From positions 1-57,443 of the forward strand of contig CDMY01000526.1 of NCBI GenBank assembly GCA_001179505.1: a stretch of 57,443 bases of DNA. The letters run 5' to 3'. Position numbers and translations under genes: made by a program. The notes beneath the pieces were generated by a model. That model was not told where the DNA came from, did no database searches, and saw only the letters and a list, made by a program, of their open reading frames with translations. This document shows positions 23,799 to 35,207 of the stretch, one piece after another (the stretch's first letter is position 1; the number at the start of each line of letters is the position of its first letter). The stretch comes from Vitrella brassicaformis CCMP3155. Taxonomy: Eukaryota > Protista > Chromerida.

Positions 23799-26205
23799 TT
23801 ACGGCAGCGACTTCACGTAGTCGAGCAACCTCGCTTGCAGCTCGGCCTTTCTGCCCCCCACCAGTAGCCCCACCGCCCTGCAGCACTCCCTCAGCTCTTT
23901 CACACGCATCTTGTCTATCGTCTCAGGGGTCAGCCTTTGACCCGCAAAACAGCCGGAACAAGCGCTGGAACGCACAAAAGAACATGTTGTGTTTAGTGCC
24001 ACACCGAGCAATGCATCGAGATCATCCCGAGAGGGCACAATCCACGCAAGTCCATCCTCCTGCCTCCTCACAAATGCCTTTCTTTTCCGCCCTCCTCCGC
24101 CCCCTCGCAGCCACACTGACTTGATCCTTATCGACCGCACGTCGGGATCACTGAAGAGGTCGGCAGCGCCCGACAGCAGATTTTCGGGAAGTGGCGGCCA
24201 TACACGGTTTCTCTCCCATTGTTGCCGGCGCTGTGGATAGTCGAGGAAGGACCCGTCCTTCCCTGGTGGCAGCAAGTCTCCGCGAACACACTTGTAGCCC
24301 CACCCACACATCGATATCCGTCAGCTTGCCATGGCTGCCCACGACGAACAGAAAAAAGTCATAGATATCATCGAAGAGATGAGAGTCGGGCTGAAAAGAC
24401 GATCGGCTGCCGAACACAGCCTGGTTTCGCTGAGGGCAGAGATGCATATTTCTTGGCAAACGCCTTGACGACATCCTCAGTGTTGCTCCACTCAGAGCTG
24501 CTGAAGTACCCGCCAAATTTGCAGCCCATAGCCTGTTCGTCCCACTTCAACGGTACAATGAGAGAGTCGGGAAGGACGGTGCCGACCTGCGGCGGAATTT
24601 CGTTAAAATAGCCGACACCGACGTAGAGTAGGTGTTTCAATTCGCCTTGTAGCAATCGCATGAGCACCGCCGCTGTACAAGGCCCAGCCCACTGGTGTCC
24701 ATCCTCCGCATGATTGAGCATCCGCAAGCTGCTGGCAACAGCATTCAGCCCCTCACAAAACGACTCGTCGACTTTCTCCTTCAGAGCGTCCCATTGCGCC
24801 AGAGACGCGCACATACCGGCAAGGTAGCAAGGAGGCAATAAGTGACAGTAGTCATATCTCCGATTGTACGAAGTCCTTTCTTCGTCAAAGACATTTAACA
24901 GTGTCGACCAGTTCCCTATATGAGGTCTGGAATAACCACTGGCTCCCATTCCTTCCATAGCCGTCAGTACGACATCACATAACACCGCATCCGCTTCAAA
25001 TATTGTCGATTGATCGATAGAAGAGACCCTACCAACTCTGGCCTCCAGAGAGCCACCGTGCTGACACATCTCCCACACTAGTCCAGGGGATCTCCCGGCC
25101 CAGCAAATAGCTCCACGAGTCACATTCCACTTGAGAGCCTGCTCCAGGTCGTTCTCCTTGATGAAAGGCAGCTCTGGCCGGAGCAGGTGACGCTTCTGGA
25201 GCATTTCGAGGAGGGAACGACCGTCGCTGACAGTGGTCACATTGTTCGGCTCGGCGAAGACAATGTGCCGTTCAACCTCATTAAGGAACTCGCACCTGAG
25301 GTGTGCCCCCACTCTGTCCACCGCTTTAGAGCGCTCGCCGCGCTTCACAGTCGCAAAGCGGTTCAGATCGTCGATGAGCAGGACACACGGCTGGCGGTGG
25401 TACTTGAGGGTACGATTGTCCGTTACACACGGCTGGTGATTCAGCCACTCATACGCGGTCCGCTCGTTGATGGATGCGTGTTCGAGCCACATCGTAAAGT
25501 TGAGCTTGTCCACGTCAACATTCGCTGCCCGGGCGACCCTTGCTCGCGCATCGTCGGTCGCCGCCGCCCATGCCAGCCGCAGATTGAGTGAGTCGGCCAA
25601 CGGCGTAGAAGCGCCTTCGGTGTCGACGTCGTAATCGGTCTCGTCACCAAAAGAGATAAATATAGCAGGGATGCCCTCCTCTCGCAGCTTCTTAGACAGC
25701 TCCTTCAGCATCCTGCTCTTGCCAGCGCCTTGGAAGCCGACGAATGACATTGGCCTCACTCTCTTGCTCGACGAGTCCATCCTCCCGTACTCGGGCAGCA
25801 GCAGCGAATAGGCCTTGTCGACATAATCGCTCCCAATGAACACCTCAGGCTCTGTCGTCAAGTCCACTTGAGGCAGCGGCACGTCAGCCGTGGGCAACAG
25901 ATCATCCACTGTCAGCCTGACGCGACCTGCAGACGACCACACACACCAGAAACAAAATGAATGGTCCTCTCTACGTCAACACTGCGCGCAGTGGGTGAAT
26001 GTGGGTGATGCTCACCTGGGGGCCTTGAGTCATCATGCGAAGAAGACATCCCCGCGGCCTCGCAGGTTGCTGGCCGCGCAGAAACGAAGCGGACTCGGGT
26101 GCGCCGATCGTCCCGACAAGAAGACAAGAAAGCAGAGAGGCCATGAAGAGTATCTTGCACTCCCGGCAGCTCGAGGCTTTTGTCAGTGAAGAGGGTGTGA
26201 TGCAT
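23799..26205 (-). pseudogene. Crinkler (CR)-like P-loop NTPase + restriction-endonuclease-like domain + C-terminal SAP domain; two frameshifts
   Basis: The 524-aa ORF has Walker A GFQGAGKS (25715-25738), Walker B VLLIDD and a WAGRSPGL motif. After a +1 shift it reads FQPDSHLFDDIYDFFLFVV, and after a second shift GYKCVRG...IRIKSVWL. The terminus TIDKMRVKELRECCRAVGLLVGGRKAELQARLLDYV is a canonical SAP motif. A short first exon joins in phase at CCAG|gtgagc. Confidence 0.65.
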
Positions 26206-26529
26206 GGGGTAGGAGAGCTATCGCTGTCACACAAGGCGTCGTGTGTCGGTTGCCGGGTGGCCAGCATGTACATCTTGGATACACCTGCATACACGCACCA
26301 GACAGCATAAAGGGGCATGCAATATCGATTGGCTTTTTCTCTTCAGACAACCAAGAGATATGACTACGCTGCGTTTGTTGATCTGGGTTGATGCCTGAGA
26401 ATGAACAGCGGAGCATAGCGCTAGATCTCCATACCTCACGTGAGTAGAAAGTGCTTTCTACTCCGTGTGGCGTGTCTTGTTCAGATAGATCTGAGATGCG
26501 GCAAGTCGTCACTCATACTCTGTTCAGAT

Positions 26530-26602
26530 GGGGATGTGGCGAAATTGGTATCGCGTCCGCTTAGCATGCGGAAGGTACTGGGATCGAAGCCCAGCATCTC
26601 CA
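26530..26602 (+). tRNA. trnA-AGC: tRNA-Ala (anticodon AGC, 26563-26565)
   Basis: Complete cloverleaf: acceptor GGGGATG/CATCTCC with the G3:U70 alanine identity pair, D-stem GCGA/TCGC, anticodon stem TCCGC/GCGGA with loop TTAGCAT, T-stem CTGGG/CCCAG with loop ATCGAAG (A54 occurs in eukaryotic tRNA-Ala), discriminator A73. Confidence 0.95.
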
Positions 26603-28220
26603 CTTATGCCAACAGTGGTCAAATTTGAAACTTTGTTACGTTCGCCATGCTTGGATGCACTCACGGAAGGAAGGGAGACCAGAGATCAGATATAGAGTTT
26701 TCAGAGAAGCAAACTGAGCTCGCCATCCCAGCCACCCTCGATGGGGAAGAAGCAGGCAATACGACTTCAATCTTCTTGTCTCTCTCGTTCTCGAGGTGGG
26801 TGTCTGTGTGTTTGCTTCAGGGTGGTTGCCCGAGCAGGGGGTGATGCGAAGTGGACACCTCGCATCGTGTTGTGGATCTGTGTCGCGAGTCTCGTCTATC
26901 CCTCCGACAGGGTGCGTACGACAGGAAGGAAGAGCACACAGACAGGAGGACGTGTACATGGAATGTATGGATACGTATCGACCGTCTGCCGTACACACAA
27001 CCGATCCGTATGTGGGTGTTCCCGCATCCCCGTGACCACCGCCTCCGCATATGTGTGCAGCCGACATGTGTGTCTATTGTATGTCGGCCGTGCCCATGTG
27101 TATTCCGTGTGGTGAAGGACGGAGTGAGACAGAAATTCACACACGTCAAGGCGTCGTGGACGTATGGATGCATGTATCTGTGTCTGTGCGAGGTTGGAGT
27201 CGACAGTGGTGCCGTTCGGAAGAGACAGACAGACAGACATATAGACATACGGACAGACAGACAGACAGACAGGTGTAGGGTGTTTCGCGCATGTTTTCAG
27301 TCGTAAGGATTTCAACGGAAGGGGCGTTTCTGTGGATTGGTGATTCAGTATCTATCCATGACAATTTCCGTGGTCACCTTGTCCAATGCATAGACGTTCG
27401 TTCGCAAACTTTGTCAGATCCAATCCTCACGCACACAAATATGGCAAACAACGCACTGATGTGCCTCTGTCTGGACGCATAAAGTCAGATCTCCGATACT
27501 TACAGAGACGACGCAAGCCATTAACAGAGAGGCGCATGTGACAAAGAGACACACTGTAGAAGACCTATGCGACACATTGTGCGATAGACAGGCGTGGGCG
27601 ACAAATGTGGGAGTGGGCAATGTAGCCACATGACTGGACAAACCTATGAACAAAAGTCAGGGATACGCAAGTGCGACAAAATGGGCCAGACAGACAAGCC
27701 CTCACATGGCGTATGTATGCGTGGATGTATCCATCCATCCATCCATCTGTAAGCCAAACCACCACCCAATCCGTTATGCCGTGCACATGAATGACATACA
27801 TGGAGGGAAAGAAAATTCTCCGTCACGGGCATGAGCGGGAACGTGCAGCGCCTCCATCCATACAAGACCAGAGCATCGTACGCCATACACATGTGTGGTG
27901 CAATCAGGCAACCAGTCGGGCAGCCAGCCAGCCAGCCAGCCCGGCGCAGCACACACAGGCCAGCACAGAGCCACACACAGGTGGTCTCTCGCTGGCAGAA
28001 AACGCAAGTACAGATGTCAGCGCATGTAGGTAGCTGGAGTGTACCTACGTATGTGTATACATATGTATGAACAACCAGGACGGGCATGCACATATGGCGA
28101 CATACAGGGACAGGAAGAAAATTCGTCCACAGATGAGATGACATGCGTCACATCGCATCACATAGGCAGGCGCGAATGCGAACATCGACCATGCTGCTGG
28201 GCAACTCACTTCCGACAAAC

Positions 28221-29478
28221 TTAGTTGCCAGTCATGCGCACAGGGCACCTCTTGCTGACCACCTGGTCGCCTTTTCGGAACTTGAATAAGACAGGCACGA
28301 TGATCTTCTGCATACAAAAATCCACGCAACCAAATCGCTATGGCCTTTGATGATGTCGTTTCCTCCTTCTGTTTGTCACCTGTTTGTTGGCCTGTCCCAC
28401 ATGGTCGCGGACCATCTTGAGGGTCTGCGAGTTGAGGTCCTTCTTGATGGCCAGGCCCTTGTTGTTGCCTCTCTTGGGGCCGTGCAGCATCGCAAACTCA
28501 GTCGGGACCCCCACATACTACGCCCGCCAGCCATTCCCACCGCCCGCCACACGCGCGAACTCGCTACACACATGTGATAATGAAGCCAACCACGGACAGA
28601 TCGACCACTTTGTACGCATGCCTTCTTGCTAGCTCTCTGCCTTCCCCTCTTTTCTTCTCTCTTGCACCCCGATTACCTGATGGGCTTTTCCGAGCTGCTT
28701 TTGTCCAAGTGGCCGCCGAGGCACTTGACAGATGTGCCAGACTCCTCGGTGGCCGCAGCCCGGCAGATGACGGGCACCCTGCAGTCGACAGTGTCAACAA
28801 GTTCAACATCCTCTCCGTCGATTGTCACCCCGGTCGTCGTCGTAAACGTCACATTGAAGTTAACTATCTGTCACCATCAATCCAACCAGACAGCCCGCCC
28901 GCCCATTGCCTTGTCAATCCATACAGGTAGGATCCTATCTACCTGATCTAGCGGCGCGCCCTCTCTGCATAGAAAGGTACAATGCATAAAAAGTGAACTT
29001 GCAGGGTGAGTGACCGCTCGCTCGCTTCGCTCACAGGCAGGTGAGCTGCAGGGAGCTCTCGCCGATGATCCCGTCGAGCGAAAGACAAACTCACCCGTCG
29101 ACGGGGGCTCGGCGGGACCAATCTCAGCCGTTATGTTGGTCACCTCAATTGCATCGGAAACAATTGCAGCATCGGAAACATTCAGGTACGTCCTGCGTGC
29201 CAAATGAGAACCATTAGACACTCAAGACCGTGCAGTGTGTTGCTTGCAATCGACTGACCCGATTGGCTCTGTGGTGACATTGCAGATGTTCGTTGTGATG
29301 ATCTCGGGAGGCAACACGCAGCTGGCCTGCTTCTCTCCTGACAAAGAGCCATGACACAACAGAACACATCATTCGTTCAATCTTCCTTCCGATTGCTGCT
29401 CCTACGTGGGCCCCGTGCAGCCGCCAAACCGGCACCGCAGAACACAATGGCGACAGCGACAATGCCGAGGCGCATCAT
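28221..29478 (-). CDS. Hypothetical secreted protein, multi-exon
   Basis: It starts with a signal-peptide-like MMRLGIVAVAIVFCGAGLAAA. Further exons: YLNVSDAAIVSDAIEVTNITAEIG..., IVNFNVTFTTTTGVTIDGEDVELVDTVDCRVPVIC..., YVGVPTEFAMLHG..., KIIVPVLFKFRKGDQ...*. Several N-x-S/T sequons are present. Confidence 0.5.
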
Positions 29479-30443
29479 AGTCACGAATGAAGGGCGAGAG
29501 GAAACGAGGGGGAAGGCACACAGACAAGAGAGGGAGAGGAATGCACGAAAGCACGAACGAAGCCTTCGAGGAAGCGAAGCCTTTGAAAAGTCTGCCGTTG
29601 CTAACGGCTTCCGGTACTGCGGTTGCACCTGCGGTTGCACCTGTGGTTGCCCTCTTTTCGTTTTGGTAAACCCTAAACCCTGCCTGGCTGCATGTCGTGT
29701 TGTGCCAGCCTTGCTTGTTTACCAGCCGCCACCTTGACGCCACCAATGGGTACGAATCTGTGTGTGATTCTCTCTAATTCTCTCTCCCCCTCACGTGTGC
29801 ATGTCTTTCGGGTTTTTGCATTACATTGCAGGAGGCCATCCCGGAGGTCCTCGCGGCCTGGCAGCGACTGTGGCCGACACACCATGTGCCGCTGATGCAC
29901 AAGAAGACGAGACCACAAGTGACACGGCATCGCTGTCGCCCGTCAGCTCACGTCGATCCTGCATACTGCACCACCTTCCCTTCAGTCTCTGGGCCTCTCG
30001 CGTCAGCCGTGTCTTCCGCCTACCATCCATTCGTTGTGTGCTCCTCAGGATCATTCCTCTCGTTCGCGTACGTGGCACAGCCACCGTGGCACACACAAAC
30101 GCCTCACAGCTTATCCTGGCCTTTTTCGGCCGGATTTGTGTGTGCCTAATGGCGACTGATGCTGCCAGAACACCTCCCTCCCTTTAGCTGAGAGTCATTC
30201 CACTGATAACATAACTGAGAAGGAGCTGGAGACGGAATCAAATGGTGCGCGAATTCGGTCTTTCAGACCTCTCAAAATGCCACCTCGCAACGGTGTTCAA
30301 GGATACGTCTCTTTCCCGCAAGTACCGTCAGGACGGACCACAACGACTATGTGTCCGTCTGAGCCAGGTCTGAATACATCATGCAGCTCAATAAAGCCCC
30401 CCTGAGAAACACCGATGAAAGAAAGAGCTCCACGCACCGATCA

Positions 30444-31110
30444 CACAGCGATGGCATATACGAGCATGACACCCCTTCGAGCAACACGACACCCCCTCGT
30501 GTGCCCGACTGCCACGAAAAAATTCTGCGATCAGGCATTGCGATCAGGCGTTGAACGAACGGACGATCCGCACAGCAATCACAGTGATGGCATATACGAG
30601 CACGACACCCCTTCGAGCACGCGACACCCCCTCGAGCAGCACGCACGACACCATCGAGCACACGACACCCCCTCGTGTGCCCGACTGCCACTAGAAAACT
30701 GCGATCGGGCATTGCGATCAGGCGTTGATCCACACACCAATCACAGAGCGATGGCATATACGAGCACGACATCCCCTCGAGCAACACGACACCCCTTCGT
30801 GTGCCCGAGTGCCACTTAGAAATTCTGCGATTCACACACCAATCTCTCTCATAGGACCATCGAATCCTCACAGACCCACGCATGGACTCTCTTTGCCTGC
30901 CACAGAGCTGCGCGAAAAAAGCCCCATCGCCATCGCTTCAGTCAAGTCAACCCAAAACAACGCACCGCCACCAAAGCACCTCCATCAAAACGGGACAGCG
31001 CGAGAGCAAGGCCAAGAAACCAGTACGAAAAGAAGGCAGAGCGGTGGCATATATGAGACACACGACGCCCCTCGTGTACCCGATCCACACACCAAATCTC
31101 TCTCATAGGC
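30444..31110. repeat. Degenerate tandem repeat, unit about 135-165 bp, three copies plus one partial copy
   Basis: The anchor ATGGCATATACGAGCA recurs at about 30451, 30587 and 30751, and in degenerate form at about 31044. Each unit contains CACGACACCCC subrepeats; the first two also carry CTGCGATCRGGCATTGCGATCAGGCGTTGA. Confidence 0.8.
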
Positions 31111-31148
31111 CCATCAAGCTTTCAGCGACGGACCACTTGTGCGCATAC

Positions 31149-33578
31149 TTAGGCACCCTGTCGACCGCGAAGCGCACGCAGGCCGCCACCCACGACACCC
31201 AATTGCTCGATCATCTTCTCCAATTCCTGTAAGAAACAAGAGCACACACCGCACAGCGCATAAAGTTCCCTGTCACTAAGAGGGAAAAGACAACGCTGAC
31301 CTCAATGCGATCCTTGAGCTCTTGGATTTCCTGGTGGGCGCCCTTCTCGTCGGGCACCCACAGGACGCGCTCGGCCATCCTGTGTCGGTCACAAACAGAG
31401 GCCATGAAATGCGTGTTGGCGACACAGTAAGGGCTCGCGTGTCTCCTCCTTACTCGGGGATTCCTTCCACTTCGCGCACTTCTAGCGTCTCGGCATCGAT
31501 GATGGCCAGGCCGAAGGTGTTGAACTCACTGCATTCACACAAACACCGCACATGTGTACATCAGCACACCGACCACACCCGGTGGTGTCGGTGCGCCAGT
31601 ACAGCTATGGTGCGTTGCTTACTCGTCAGCAAGGGTTGTAGCAATCCACGGGCCACCGCGCTCCACAGCTCGGTACTGGTTGCCAGGGCCGAGCTCTGAG
31701 AGAAGAAGACAGACCAGAGAAATGAAAAGACCGGCAGGTGTCTCGGCTGAAGTTTCGCATGCACCCACCAAGGATCTCATAAGGGGACTCTTCACCGTCA
31801 ATCAGAGCGGTCATATCAAGCACAGCAATGCCCTCACGCTCAAGGCCCACAAACGCCTGTGTGTCATTTCGTCAAAAGCAATCGTCTGTGCCTGCCCTTG
31901 TTTGTAGTGCATGTGCATAGCACTTACCAGCCAGTGCGACACGTTCTGAGGGTCCGGGTGGGTGTTGTAGAATGCAACCTTCCAGGGCCTAAGTCACAAA
32001 ACCACGAGAGAGATCGAAAATGAGGCAGTCTTGGTGGCGTGAGAACAAGAGAAAGAGCTCATCACACAAGAGTCGTCGGGTGTCCTTACTCAGGCAGCGT
32101 CACCGAAAAGACCTCAGTCTCGGCATCGCGACTGGTCTTGCGAAGAATGTGAGTCTTGTTCTCACGGCGGTCCCCTACGAACACGAGGTCCCCGGCGTCA
32201 GGCACGGCGTAGGTCGCTCCGTTCATAGGCGCGTGACGGAACAACGGCTCGAGAGTTTCGGCATCCACCTCCCAAATAGCGCCTGAACAACCATTCCAAC
32301 CACACGGTTTCAGAGCTTCACTGGTGGCGTGTACATGTATGTCGAGGTGTGCTTACGCTCGTCAGCCGGTTTGGTGCACTCGACAACGAGGACGTTGGCG
32401 TCTTTGAAGACCGCAAGGTCGTGGGTTCCGAGACAGCCGACACCAGACTCGTCGATAGGGTCAGACATATTAATGAACCTGACGTAGTCTTTGTTCTCCA
32501 AATCCATCTCGTGGATGCCAGGGTCCACTGCAGTGACAAGCACGATAATGTGACCGTTGAGTGTCACATGCAGGAGCCTTACAGGACGTAGTGGCGAAGG
32601 CCATGGATCCCCACTGACAAAAAAAAAGGGAGTAGCCAGACACAAGTGAGCACATCGTACGAGGACAGGAACCTTTGTTAGTGATAGTGCTTGTGGATCC
32701 ACGTGTCAGGCATACCTCAGAGTCGAAGAGGAACTTTCCGTGGCTCGGGGTCTCATTGTACGCCTTCACTCCGGGGTAGTGCAGCTCAGTGAGATCCTGC
32801 GTGCAGGACAGAACGTAGCAAACTCGGCGTAACCGACGATCGAGGCCAACACACATCACATACCTGGAGGCTCAGGACGTCAAACTGGCCTTCATAGTCC
32901 GAATGCGACCAGACCTGTCATGCACCGCACCGCACATTGTATTGCATCGCACATATGACACCACACAACGAACGGGTGGACGTACCTCGCGGCGGAATGG
33001 GACGTAATAAATGTGGTATGGGCGCTCGCCAACCTACAAGCCACGAGCAAATCCTTGATATCGCAAGAAGGGTGTATCTTTCTCTGGAACGTACGAGCAT
33101 TCTAGAATGGATGGAAACCGGATCCGTGTTGAACACGTACAGCTCGCTGTCGCCCTCTTCGTTTCGCTCGGTGATCACGGGGTATCCGTCTGCGTACACG
33201 GGGTCGCTCCACAGCTCAGCATCGAGGGCAAGACGGTTCACAACTCTGAAAAGAGTCCATGTCACATCATTGTGAGGTGTGCTGAGTGACCTGTGCCAGC
33301 ATGGCCCTCTTGCCTGTCCTGGGTACTTGATACCTGGCGCTGACAGGGTCGACCACAACGAGAGTCTTGTTGCCCCAAACCCAGAAATGGCCTGCAGGAA
33401 GCGAAAGTGAGAGACAAGCAAGAGTGTGAGGCAAGCAAAATCTGAGCGACAAGGGGTCCTTCCCTCCCTCCCTCCCACCGTGCGGCTCCATCTGGCTGGC
33501 TTCGTCGCCATTGTATCCACCATGCGTTACAGTTGCCAACAGGATGAAGCAGAAGACTCGAGCGATCGATAGAGTCAT
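31149..33578 (-). CDS. Secreted beta-propeller-like (YVTN/YncE-like) protein with a C-terminal coiled coil, multi-exon
   Basis: Signal peptide MTLSIARVFCFILLATVTHG. Repeated short beta-strand units: FWVWGNKTLVVVDPVS, SELYVFNTDP, DAETLEPLFRH, GDLVFVGDRRENKTHIL, LAIIDAETLEVRE. The terminus is EIQELKDRIE|ELEKMIEQL...GRQGA*. Confidence 0.6.
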
Positions 33579-33740
33579 GGTGCCTTTGCTGTTTGCAGAG
33601 GGGACAAAGATCTTCCTGCCCTCAACAGTCGGACAACAGTCGGAGCGACGGACAGCTGGGAGCGACGGAGGGAAGGCCAGATATGCGGACAACAGCCTCC
33701 CGGAGGTGGATCCCAAAAGAGACGGGACAGGGGGCGGATC

Positions 33741-33779
33741 TCTAGGGTTTGGCTCTTTACGGTTTCATGGAACCCTAGA
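33741..33779. promoter_or_regulatory. Inverted telomere-repeat (telo-box)-like motifs TCTAGGGTT...AACCCTAGA between divergent genes
   Basis: A perfect 9-bp inverted repeat with a 21-nt spacer, located between the ATGs at 33578 (-) and 34038 (+). A regulatory role is inference. Confidence 0.35.
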
Positions 33780-34037
33780 CCTCCCTCATTGGTTGGTTGG
33801 TTAGTGTGTTTAACGAGACTCGTGTCTGTAACCCGGAGGAATCCTGTTGTCTCACGCACTAAACTAGCAGCATGTACATGCAAAGCATGCACACGGCCTG
33901 TCTACCCCTCCCTACACTGGCACCGGCGGACAAACAGATGGCAACAGAGAGCACTGGCTGCCTTGTAGAGCGTTGGCAAACACCGATTCCGGCTACATAC
34001 ACAAGAACGGGCGCTGTGGCCCAGCAAGAGCCATTGC

Positions 34038-34653
34038 ATGGGCAACGGATCTTCATCAAGGTTGCCACTTCGTTCCCCAGACAGTCATGTCAAGGTGTAT
34101 AAGCTGCGGGGACTATGGCCAGACAGCAAGCATGACGCCCAACTGACGATGCAGCCCGCAGTGGTGGACGAGTGTGGCCCGCCAGCCGACCTCAGGGACC
34201 TGCACGCAATGATGTTGAAGAGCATGAAGAGGATTTGGCCGTGGGTGGACGTCACGGCGGATGATCTGATGATCCAAGGGGTGACCGGGGTTGACGATGA
34301 TGAGTATCGGCAGAGAGGGAGGAGCGCTCAGGATCCTATCCTCGTCATCCTGCGCAGACGTATGTATGCATGTGAATCGGTCACCCCACACAACCACACG
34401 TCTGTGTCTGTCTATTGAATTGTGTGTTGTCTTTCAGCGGCCAGTCGGGGCACAGATCCAGAATGGGGTCAGCCGCAGACAGACATGGAATTGATTAATG
34501 ATCGCAATGGCTTCACTCACTCCCCCACAGTCCCTCCCTCCCTCACAGTCTGTCTGTCTGTGTTTTCTCTTGTTGTGTGCCTTGTGTTTGTCAGATACAG
34601 AACCGATTTGCGCAGATGCAGATGCGGAAAAGGAGAAGAAGAAGGAAGAGTGA
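34038..34653 (+). CDS. Small hypothetical protein with a possible N-myristoylation start (MGNGSS), 3 exons
   Basis: MGNGSSSRLPLRSPDSHVKVYKLRGLWP...IWPWVDVTADDLMIQG...ILRR|PASRGTDPEW|DTEPICADADAEKEKKKEE*, with phase-consistent GT-AG joins. Confidence 0.45.
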
Positions 34654-35207
34654 AGTTAGCCCAAATGCAGGCAGATTCGGCTCGGCATGCATTGCATGCG
34701 CACAAGTGGTGTCCATGGCTGTCTGAAGTGTCTGTCAGCAGAATGTGTGCTCGACGTTGATTGGTGTACAGTACTGCGTTGCTGGATGTGCATACAATCG
34801 CAAGGGATGGCGGACTCAACTATGTGATTTTCAGATGTTTTCGTTCAACAGCTGGCATGAGAGAGGCTCGTCCGCACACGCACATATGCCCACCTAAACG
34901 CAGCCTCTTGCGCGTGCATTGGTGCAGCAATATGTGCCTCACCCAGTCTGGGATGAGAGAGGTCCTGACCCTCTGCGACTACGCATCGCGTCCTCTCTTG
35001 TCCGCCTGTCTGTCTGTCTCCGTGCTGACCGACGGCGAGGTATGCACCGATACAGCCCTGACGACGAGTCGATTGCCCGGCCGTCGTTGGTGTGCAGATG
35101 CATACGTAAGAGGTCTATGGACATCCCGAAAATGAAAATCAGCCAAAGTCAATACATCGCCCCAAACAATGTAATGTGAGTCGAGTCAAACTGAGCTACA
35201 TGGTCGG

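Noticed and set aside
26630-28200. Possible gene between the tRNA and the secreted protein
   Set aside because: Intron-like microsatellites and some splice-like sites are present, but I could not build a consistent exon chain or recognise a domain.
30444-30860. CRISPR-like array
   Set aside because: The units are long, degenerate and internally repetitive with no unique spacers. There are no cas genes and the context is eukaryotic.
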